Assembly (NCBI GenBank): GCA_037137755.1
Contig: JBAXJR010000002.1
Coordinates: forward strand, 1 to 64,000
From: Methanomicrobiales archaeon
GTDB lineage: Archaea > Halobacteriota > Methanomicrobia > Methanomicrobiales > Methanospirillaceae
Direction of reading: 5' to 3'
DNA length: 64,000 bases
The notes under the pieces: generated by a model
Told to the model about the DNA's origin: nothing
What the model saw: the letters and a program-made list of their open reading frames with translations, nothing else
Databases searched by the model: none
Program-made: the position numbers and the translations under genes
Part shown: positions 20,949-28,933 of the stretch, piece after piece
Layout: every line of letters starts with the position of its first letter
How positions within the stretch are numbered: position 1 is the first letter of the stretch

Positions 20949-20981
20949 CATTTATTCCATCCTGAATTAAATTATCCTCTC

Positions 20982-21407
20982 ATGGAAATGTCTGACGGGC
21001 TTGAACTGTCACCAAGAAAAGTCGAGTATCTTAAATATATCTTTGAAAAAGAAGGTGTGGTGAGAACAAATGAGATTGCATCCCGGTTTAATGTTGATCC
21101 GTCCACAATTACCAAAACGATAACAGAGCTCGCAGAAAGCGGCCTCGTCACGTATACGCGTTATTATGGGGTGAGCATGTCCGATCCTGGCAGACAATAT
21201 GCCAAATTCCTGGTAAAAAGGCACAGAATTATTTCATTGATGCTTACACATTTCGGACTGTCGCATGAGCAGGCATGCATAGAGGTCAACCGGTTTGAGA
21301 GTCTGGTATCAAAGGATGCAATAGACCGGATATGCAAAGCAATGGGGCATCCTAACACCGGGATCTGTGGGGAGATTACCCATGACAGCGGTTGCCTGGA
21401 GATCTGA
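20982..21407 (+). CDS. DtxR/MntR-family metal-dependent transcriptional regulator
   Basis: EYLKYI..VRTNEIA..VDPSTIT..KRHRII..FES; C-terminal LGHP-like MGHPNTGICG. Confidence 0.9.
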   Translation: MEMSDGLELSPRKVEYLKYIFEKEGVVRTNEIASRFNVDPSTITKTITELAESGLVTYTRYYGVSMSDPGRQYAKFLVKRHRIISLMLTHFGLSHEQACIEVNRFESLVSKDAIDRICKAMGHPNTGICGEITHDSGCLEI

Positions 21408-21442
21408 ATTTATCATATAGTATGATGGAACAGAGGTAACCA

Positions 21443-22258
21443 ATGAGCTCGTCAATGATTTCGGGACATATCCCTGATCTCAACCTGATCACCTATTATG
21501 CTGAGAAACAGAACTCGGTATTTTCCCAAGTAAGCCCCTGGACAAAGTTATCCGTATTAGTCCTGTTGATCCTCTTTATCACCCTCTCGGATACCCTGTG
21601 GGTCCTTGCCGGATTGTATGGTGCCGTTCTTACCATCTACATCCTTGCCCGCCTCCCCGTGAACAAGCTGTTTGCATGGTACCTCATTCCCTTGTTGTTC
21701 GTATTTTCCCTTGTCTGGTTCATGGCATGGGTCCAGCCTGGAAATCCGGTTATTTCATTTAATCTGGCTGGAATCCCCCTTATACTTACCGACCAGGGGA
21801 TCGTACTCGTTGCAACCCTCATGCTTAAAGCCCTGATATCGGTCACCTATTCGTTCTTCTTCCTGATGACGACCAGGTACGAGCATTTCTCGGGGTTAAT
21901 TTCCCGGGTGTTTCCAACTCCCCTGGACCAGATCTTTCTCATGGCGTACCGGTTTTTATTCCTCACCCTGGCGATGATCGGGTCAATGCTCAAGGCGGTG
22001 AGGTCCCGGGGAGGCGGTTTTATCCACAGTGTACGAATGCAGAGCAGGATGTTTGCGGAAGTATTTGCTGTCCTCTTTATCCGCTCATTTGAAAGAGCTG
22101 AACGGGTCAGGAAGGCGATGGATGCAAGAGGTTATAATGGAAGTTATACGACGAATGTACGGATTCCAACTCCGGGAATGCTGGAATACACATTTCTTGT
22201 GGTTTTCATCCTGGTAATGGTTGCGGTGAACAAGGTGGCGCCGTTCAAAGGCTGGTGA
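21443..22258 (+). CDS. cbiQ: Co/Ni ECF transporter T component
   Basis: SPWTKL, MAYRFLF, SRGG, FIRSFERAERV..AMDARGY. Confidence 0.88.
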   Translation: MSSSMISGHIPDLNLITYYAEKQNSVFSQVSPWTKLSVLVLLILFITLSDTLWVLAGLYGAVLTIYILARLPVNKLFAWYLIPLLFVFSLVWFMAWVQPGNPVISFNLAGIPLILTDQGIVLVATLMLKALISVTYSFFFLMTTRYEHFSGLISRVFPTPLDQIFLMAYRFLFLTLAMIGSMLKAVRSRGGGFIHSVRMQSRMFAEVFAVLFIRSFERAERVRKAMDARGYNGSYTTNVRIPTPGMLEYTFLVVFILVMVAVNKVAPFKGW

Positions 22259-23151
22259 ACTCTATGATGAAGGAAAACGAATCAAAACCAATTGTTGCGA
22301 CGCATTGCCAGCTTGTCGATCCGGAGCGGGAGCTGATCCATGTCGACTGTGCCAGTCATATTTATCCCGATGGGAGCATCGGAATTCACGATATGTGTTT
22401 TTATGTACAGAAAAACGAGATTGTCGCACTCTGCGGTCCGAACGGGGCCGGTAAATCAACCCTTATCGAACATCTGAACGGGCTCCTGATGCCATCACAG
22501 GGAAAGATCACGGTCAATGGAAAAGTCATCAGTGAAGGTGACCATTCCGGTCTCTGGAAAGAGGTTGGGATTGTATTCCAGCAGTCAGATGACCAGCTAT
22601 TTGCCCCCACAGTCCTCGATGATGTCATGTTCGGCCCGCTTAACCTTGGAATGGTCCGGGACGAGGCAAAAGAAAAAGCCGTTGCGGCGTTAGAGGCGGT
22701 AGGTGCAGCAGATCTTATTGACCGGATGCCGAATTACCTGAGCGGAGGCCAGAAACGGCTGATCTCCATCGCGGGAATACTGGCGATGAAACCCCTGATA
22801 ATTGTCCTTGACGAACCGACATCAGACCTCGACCCCGTCAACTGCGAGCGGATTGAGCGACTGATTGTCGATCTGAAAACCAGGTTTGGTATGAGTGTTG
22901 TCATTGCCACGCACGATATTGACCTTGCTGCGAGGATTGCTGACCGTATCTGCCTGGTCAGGAATGGATCGGTGTTCTCGGAAGGTACTCCGGTAGAGAT
23001 TTTCTACAATGTATCTCTCATCCAGGAAGCCGGACTGAAAATCCCCTCGGTCATCAGTATATACCTGAAGTATTGTGAAGAAAATGGAATAGAACCAACA
23101 AAGCGGCCAATTAAAGAGTCAGAACTTATTGCGTTACTGACGGAAAATTAA
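22255..23151 (+). CDS. cbiO: Co/Ni ECF transporter ATPase
   Basis: GPNGAGKST, VFQQSDDQLFAPTVLDDVMFGP, LSGGQK, LDEPTSDLD. Confidence 0.9.
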   Translation: MNSMMKENESKPIVATHCQLVDPERELIHVDCASHIYPDGSIGIHDMCFYVQKNEIVALCGPNGAGKSTLIEHLNGLLMPSQGKITVNGKVISEGDHSGLWKEVGIVFQQSDDQLFAPTVLDDVMFGPLNLGMVRDEAKEKAVAALEAVGAADLIDRMPNYLSGGQKRLISIAGILAMKPLIIVLDEPTSDLDPVNCERIERLIVDLKTRFGMSVVIATHDIDLAARIADRICLVRNGSVFSEGTPVEIFYNVSLIQEAGLKIPSVISIYLKYCEENGIEPTKRPIKESELIALLTEN

Positions 23152-23163
23152 GTACAGAACATA

Positions 23164-23180
23164 TTTGGTATAACTCCAAT
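23164..23180. promoter_or_regulatory. Putative DtxR-family operator 2
   Basis: TTTGGTATAACTCCAAT upstream of cbiM, close to a TATA-like TTATATT. Confidence 0.75.
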
Positions 23181-23253
23181 ATTTTGGTAATTATTATATT
23201 GTTTATCCGCTAATTAAAAGTGGAGACCGGCACTATGAGACCGGTGATATTCC

Positions 23254-23904
23254 ATGGCTCATATTCATCTCGAAGATGGTTCTTTCAGCCTTTTCTGGGT
23301 CCTGATCTGGTGGACCTGCGCACTGGTAATAATCGGGATCGTGCTGTACCTGTTGAGGTCTAAGAATAAACCTGATACGAGGATGATAACGATAGCAGCA
23401 TTTTTAACTGCGACCTCTTTTGCGATATTCCAGGTCAGTCTACCGTTTTTTGGCGGAGTGCATCTGAACCTTACACCCTTAATCGGAATGCTGGCGGGGC
23501 CATACATTGGGACCCTGATCGTTCTTATTGTCAATATCCTGTCGGCGGCAATCGGCCACGGAGGGTGGGGACTCATCGGGGCGAACGTGCTCGTGAATGT
23601 TTCTGAGGTGGTAGTCGCCTATCTCGCCTACCATGGCCTGAAAAAGGTCACTGCCAGCCTCTTTTACCGGGCGGGCATCGCCACATTCGCCGGGCTTTTT
23701 ATCGGAAATATTGTAATGATCCTGATTATCCTTGTATCGGGTATCCAGGGAGCAACACAAAGCACGTCGATGACGCTCGTGGGACTCAGTGGCCTCGCTG
23801 CGGTAAACATGGGGGTGGCCGTGGTTGAAGCGATTATCACCGGGCTTGTCGTGACCTATATCGGGAAGAGAAGACCGGACCTGATAGGAGGAGGAACCTC
23901 ATGA
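23254..23904 (+). CDS. cbiM: Co/Ni ECF transporter S component (CbiM/NikM family)
   Basis: N-terminal MAHIHLEDG, GHGG..IGAN, EAIITG. Confidence 0.88.
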   Translation: MAHIHLEDGSFSLFWVLIWWTCALVIIGIVLYLLRSKNKPDTRMITIAAFLTATSFAIFQVSLPFFGGVHLNLTPLIGMLAGPYIGTLIVLIVNILSAAIGHGGWGLIGANVLVNVSEVVVAYLAYHGLKKVTASLFYRAGIATFAGLFIGNIVMILIILVSGIQGATQSTSMTLVGLSGLAAVNMGVAVVEAIITGLVVTYIGKRRPDLIGGGTS

Positions 23905-24170
23905 AACCTTTGAGGGAAATGAAAGGGATGATCATATTTTTCGTCCTGCTTGCGGTGGTCATCACCAGCTCGTTTTTTGTATTCATGCAAACCGGTCCGA
24001 TGGGAATTGAAGAAAGGTTCAGCCATGCGGTCGGTCTTACCCATGAAGACGAACATGAGGATGAGGGAGCATCGGGGCTCTCACTCGAAGGAAATCCCGT
24101 CCTATATGTAATTATTCTCGGGGTTCTGGTAGTTATTTGCATCCTTGCATATAAATATGGAAAATTTTAG
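23901..24170 (+). CDS. Small ECF accessory membrane protein (NikN/CbiN-like position)
   Basis: Two TM helices around an acidic/His loop (HEDEHEDE); overlaps the cbiM stop. Confidence 0.65.
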   Translation: MKPLREMKGMIIFFVLLAVVITSSFFVFMQTGPMGIEERFSHAVGLTHEDEHEDEGASGLSLEGNPVLYVIILGVLVVICILAYKYGKF

Positions 24171-24239
24171 GGTTTTTTGATAAAACGTTACGGAATCTGA
24201 TATTATAAGGGGCAATTGTCTTACAATTGTCCAACCATC

Positions 24240-24545
24240 GCAGGGTCTGGAATATATCCCGTTTTGTACATATTGATCTGTTCCACTCTGTTGCGGTTTT
24301 CTGCAATGGGGGTTTCATTCAGCCAGACCCACCCGTCCTCCATCCAGCCGACAGCTCTTCCAACGTTATACGTCAGTTGCAGGGTCATATTTCAGTATTA
24401 ACATCCCGTACCCTTCCGTCGGCTTGTCCGAAACCACGTCGCCTGGATTGTAGAGGTTCGTTTGTGCGGGTACCGGTTGCCGGGCAGTAACACACCCGGC
24501 GAAGATTGCTGATACCATGGCAACCGTAATAAGAAGTATTTGAAA
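24240..24545 (-). pseudogene. Degenerate lipoprotein remnant
   Basis: IFAGC lipobox followed by YNPGDVV..ILKYDPATD, then stop; boundaries approximate. Confidence 0.4.
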
Positions 24546-24600
24546 TGCCAGGCACCGTGATAGTGGGAAAAAATTGACTGGCTGGCCCCAGTCCATCCGG

Positions 24601-26103
24601 TCAGGTCCGTGTAAACGGGCCTAACTCTTTTGAGGTAAACCCGGTAACGGAACCTGATGGGGCCGCAAAGGTAAGATAGCCGACCTGGTCGTCCGGGTTT
24701 GGGAATGACAGGTACCATGTGTTGTTTGTCACATGCATGAGGGTCCCGGGGTACTTGACCGGGCCGATCCCGAAGGTCATATTCTCTGCATCCGGGCCCG
24801 GTTCAACCTGCATGGTCCCGTACAGGTCGCTCTTGTACATTCCCGCAATCGCTGGCGGGCTGATCGTTGCCGGGCCTGCATCTGCGGGCCGTTCAACGGA
24901 TTTGATGAGCGAGTTCCACCCTCCCTGGTTGATCTTCTCCCTGGCCTGCAGGTCAACTCCGCTCTTCCCGATGTACCGCTCGAGGAACTCGTCCCGGACC
25001 GCTTCCGGGAAGACCGTCAGCTGCTTATTGGCAATGACGACAAGGCCGGTCTTCTTTCCGGGGATAAGGATCACGATCGAGCGGACCCCATCAAGGGCGC
25101 CGTTTTTCTCGATGACCCGTTCGCCAAGGAAGTTGTACGAGTCGCTGCCGAGACCGACTGCCCCGTTCAGATCGTTAAGAGGACCCTCGTGGCCCGCGAC
25201 CAGGCTCGCAGCATGGATCTCCTTCACGGTTTTTGGTGTGAGGACCTGCGTACCGTCAACGGAACCCTCGTTGAGCATCATCCGCAGCCACCGGGTCATG
25301 TCCCGGCCGGTGGAGACTACCTGGCCGGCAGCAGGGAACCCTGCCTCTTCGAGGGGTATGGTGTGGACATCCCCGACCGTTCCTCCATGTCCGGAGACGT
25401 GGTTATCATCGAGATACAGGGTCTCCTGGTGAGCTCCTGACCGTGTCATGCCGAGTGGCCGGATGATGCGGGCATCGGTCAAGTCCTCCCAGCTCCGGTT
25501 GTCCACGGCAGCAGCAGCTTCCCCTGCGATAAAGAACCCTGCATTCGAGTAGATGTACTTCTCCCGGAAACTGCTGCCGGGTTCCAGGTAGCGCATCCTC
25601 TCCAGCATATCGTTGTTGGAATACCCGAGCCTGCCCAGCAGGTCGCCATCGTAGGCCCGCAATCCCGTGCGGTGGGCCAGCATATCGCGAAGGGTCGCGT
25701 GCTCACCGGCATACGTGTCTTTTAACGCGAAGCCCGGCAGGTAGGTGACAACGGGTGTGTCCCAGTCCAGTTTCCCCTCGTCGACGAGGGAGCCGACCGC
25801 ACCAGCAGTGACATACTTGGAGACCGATGCGATCTGGAAGCGGGTGTCGGGATCAACCTTTCCGGGTTTCCCGATCTCCCGGACACCGGACCCTTTCAGG
25901 TACACGACGGTATCGTTCTCGACAATCCCGACAACGGCACCCGGTACTTCGTATTCCGTCATTTTCGTTGTGACAAAATTATCGAACCCGTCGAGTTTCC
26001 CGGTTGCCTGTGGTGAACTGGTACAACCTGAAAAAAAGACCATCCCGGTTAAAATAAAGGCGAAAAAGAACAGGAATACGTATCGAAGGAAAGGGTTGCT
26101 CAT
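24601..26103 (-). CDS. Serine hydrolase (beta-lactamase/AmpC-like family) with C-terminal DUF3471-like domain, lipoprotein
   Basis: FSGC; FQIASVSK (SxxK), YIYSN, KNG. Confidence 0.9.
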   Translation of the reverse strand: MSNPFLRYVFLFFFAFILTGMVFFSGCTSSPQATGKLDGFDNFVTTKMTEYEVPGAVVGIVENDTVVYLKGSGVREIGKPGKVDPDTRFQIASVSKYVTAGAVGSLVDEGKLDWDTPVVTYLPGFALKDTYAGEHATLRDMLAHRTGLRAYDGDLLGRLGYSNNDMLERMRYLEPGSSFREKYIYSNAGFFIAGEAAAAVDNRSWEDLTDARIIRPLGMTRSGAHQETLYLDDNHVSGHGGTVGDVHTIPLEEAGFPAAGQVVSTGRDMTRWLRMMLNEGSVDGTQVLTPKTVKEIHAASLVAGHEGPLNDLNGAVGLGSDSYNFLGERVIEKNGALDGVRSIVILIPGKKTGLVVIANKQLTVFPEAVRDEFLERYIGKSGVDLQAREKINQGGWNSLIKSVERPADAGPATISPPAIAGMYKSDLYGTMQVEPGPDAENMTFGIGPVKYPGTLMHVTNNTWYLSFPNPDDQVGYLTFAAPSGSVTGFTSKELGPFTRT

Positions 26104-26320
26104 GCAGGTGATTGAGATTACGCAACGAAATATCTTATGATTCGTATTATCTACGACAGACACTAAATATTTAAAACCCTCAAACGATCCCCGGACTGAC
26201 CACTAATATTGCATCAAATTCCCATCCCTGGAGAAAAAACGGTCTGGATTCGCTTGATCGGGGTGGGGAGAAAAGTCTGACTCCCGGATCTCTAAATCCT
26301 AAAAAGATATGTCATGTTCT

Positions 26321-27754
26321 TCACGCCACCTTATCTGACTCATCATACGAGCCTTCCATGGTATACATCTTCAGTCCGTTGACCTTTCCGGTCGCGTCAC
26401 GGGTGAATATGTATGCATCGTCTGACTCCGGTGTCACAAAGAACGTATCATTGCCCTCATGGAAGAGTTCGACCTTTGTATCACCGGGCATAACCGCATC
26501 GTAAAACAGGCGGTTGCCAGCACTATAAACCGTGATCGTCCAGGATTTCTCCCACGCCGGTGCATAAGTCCCGGTATATTCAGCCAGCGCTCCTGCGGTC
26601 AGTGGCGCGGCCTTCCGGTCGATCCGTTGGGGCAGGGAATATGGCTCGTTAAAGACAATCGCCGGGAGGTCTTTTATGAGCGTGACGACCGGTGTCCTAT
26701 CGTGGTTCGTCAGGAACATGATACTCACATCCTCGTCCGGATAATACAGTGTCTGCGAGATGAACCCGAAATTGCGCCCGGAAAAGCCAATGTAGGTGCG
26801 GTTCCGTAATTTCCCGCTCTCAATCCCGTAATGGTTTTCCACCATCGCAGCGGTTGATTGCGGAGAAAGGATAGTTCCGGGTGTATGGAAACCACGAACC
26901 CACCTGAACATATCTTCGGTCGTGGAATGAATCGCCCCGGCACCCCATGAGTTGTGGATATTCTGGAGGTCGTAGTGGACCTGTTTTCCGTTTATCGTGG
27001 TATACCCGGATGCACGGTTGGAAAAGACGTCCCGGGCGTTGTCCTGCCCGCTGCTGTTCATACCGAGTGGCCGGAGGATGTTCGTTTTCAGGTAATCATC
27101 GTATGACATGCCCGAAGCCCTCTCGATGATGTAACTCAGGGTGATATAGCCATTATTTGAATATGTATAGCCCGTTCCCGGTTCGAAGGTGAGCGGCAAG
27201 GCGGAAACCCGATCCATGATTTCAGGGAGTGTGAGATCTGCACGATCGGTGAGGGAGAACGCCCCGTCTGACTGGATTCCCGCGGTATGGTTCAGGAGGT
27301 GGAAAATCCGGATGCCCTTCCAGTTCGTGGCGTTGGGGATATACATCGTGACCGGGTCGGTGACATTCAGCCGCCCCTGTTCCTGGAGCTTCATGATGGC
27401 GGCCGCGGTGAGCTGTTTGGTGTTCGAACCGATGGGAAAGACGGTATCTGGTGTATTGGGGACCGAGAACTCGTACTCTGCCATCCCGTAACCTTTCGAG
27501 AGAAGCACGGTATTGCCACGTGCCACGAGCACCGTTCCGCTGAACCTGCCGGCATCCGCAAGTGCCGTCATGTAGTCATCAAGCTTCCGGGACGTTGCGG
27601 CATCAGGGGTGGTGAGCGCCGCGACCGGAACCGTAACAGTTACGACAGGTGTTACCGGTAATGTCTGGTGTTGATCTGCCTGCTGGGTGCATCCTGCAGA
27701 AAAGATCACGGTAATTACCACAATGAAGAAGAGGACTGGATATTTCGGGGACAT
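26321..27754 (-). CDS. Serine hydrolase (beta-lactamase family), lipoprotein
   Basis: FSAGC; FPIGSNTK, LLNHTAG, YTYSN, GAGAIHST. Confidence 0.9.
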   Translation of the reverse strand: MSPKYPVLFFIVVITVIFSAGCTQQADQHQTLPVTPVVTVTVPVAALTTPDAATSRKLDDYMTALADAGRFSGTVLVARGNTVLLSKGYGMAEYEFSVPNTPDTVFPIGSNTKQLTAAAIMKLQEQGRLNVTDPVTMYIPNATNWKGIRIFHLLNHTAGIQSDGAFSLTDRADLTLPEIMDRVSALPLTFEPGTGYTYSNNGYITLSYIIERASGMSYDDYLKTNILRPLGMNSSGQDNARDVFSNRASGYTTINGKQVHYDLQNIHNSWGAGAIHSTTEDMFRWVRGFHTPGTILSPQSTAAMVENHYGIESGKLRNRTYIGFSGRNFGFISQTLYYPDEDVSIMFLTNHDRTPVVTLIKDLPAIVFNEPYSLPQRIDRKAAPLTAGALAEYTGTYAPAWEKSWTITVYSAGNRLFYDAVMPGDTKVELFHEGNDTFFVTPESDDAYIFTRDATGKVNGLKMYTMEGSYDESDKVA

Positions 27755-27852
27755 GATCGAAACTTTCCGCATGTTGATTTAAATAATACACGGGTTACTT
27801 CGTTCTGTCCCTGTTCCACTGCTGACTGATAACAAAAATTTGGTCCGAAGAC

Positions 27853-28794
27853 CTACTCGTCAATTTTTGTAATCTCCGGGATGAGACGGGATATTTCTTC
27901 GATAATCTGGCTTTTAATCTCGGACCGCCTGCTGGATGAGGTAAAATACTTCAGTACCATGAGGACCTGGTAATTGTCGATATGAAGGTAGACAACCGGA
28001 CTCGTCTCGTACAAAGGCAGGAATTTTTTATCGCCGAGGTTTTCGATTTCCTTTGCTGCTTGCACCTGGATCTCACGGGTGTGTCGGTTGACTACCTCGA
28101 GAAGGACTGCCCTGGCATGGGGTAAATCTGCAGAAAAAGGGAGGGTGATCCGTATCTCGTCCCCTGCAACAGAAAGGTCCCGGCTGGTATTCATGACAAC
28201 TTCCCGGAACAGGATACCGTTTGGGACCGTCACGATCTGCCCGCTGGGATGGTCCCCGGATTCCCGGTCGAGTTGCATCAGGGTTGTCCTGAACAACCCG
28301 ATATCCATGACAAGGCCGTATACCCCCTTGATCTGTATCCTGTCCCCGATCCGGTACATCCGGGTAACAAGGAGGGTCAGGCTGCCAACCATGTTCTGGA
28401 TGAGATCACGGAGTGCAACGACCATGGCGGCCCATATGATACCAAGGAACAGTACGAATTGTGCCGGATCTTCCACCCATTCCATGAGACCAAGCACCAG
28501 GCCAAGGCCGAGCAGGATTACCGTAAAAATCCTGATCGCGGTGAAACGTGATGCTTCATCCGGCATTTTCCGAACGATGAGATACGCCCCGATGGTGTAA
28601 ATGATGAGTATCAGGATAGCCAGAAAAAGAGTATTGAAGATTTTTCCAAATACTGTGCCGGCAAACGGGCTGACTACAACAAGAATGAGACTCTCGGAGG
28701 CCGTTTGCGAAGCGAACAATTCTGTAAGGACCATCACCACGATGATCAGAAGCAGGAACAGGTAATACCGTAACGGGAGAATATACGACCGCAT
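27853..28794 (-). CDS. mscS: Small-conductance mechanosensitive channel family protein
   Basis: YRIGDRIQI..GLVMDIGLFRT..IVTVPNG; N-terminal TM helices. Confidence 0.88.
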   Translation of the reverse strand: MRSYILPLRYYLFLLLIIVVMVLTELFASQTASESLILVVVSPFAGTVFGKIFNTLFLAILILIIYTIGAYLIVRKMPDEASRFTAIRIFTVILLGLGLVLGLMEWVEDPAQFVLFLGIIWAAMVVALRDLIQNMVGSLTLLVTRMYRIGDRIQIKGVYGLVMDIGLFRTTLMQLDRESGDHPSGQIVTVPNGILFREVVMNTSRDLSVAGDEIRITLPFSADLPHARAVLLEVVNRHTREIQVQAAKEIENLGDKKFLPLYETSPVVYLHIDNYQVLMVLKYFTSSSRRSEIKSQIIEEISRLIPEITKIDE

Positions 28795-28933
28795 GGCTCT
28801 CTGTTGGATTTTTACACAGCCTGTCTAATCAATCTGCCTGTTTTGCTTTGTGTAAAAGAAGTCGCAGGAATACTCCCATAAACAGTTTCCTATTGTCTGA
28901 TACTCGTCTTCATGGCTAAAATTGAATTACTTA

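Noticed and set aside
20005-24830. Gene 3'-end duplicated nearby, resembling a DGR template/variable repeat pair
   Set aside because: Mismatches involve all four bases, include indels and extend into the non-coding flank; no reverse transcriptase in the window. It fits an ordinary paralogue remnant.
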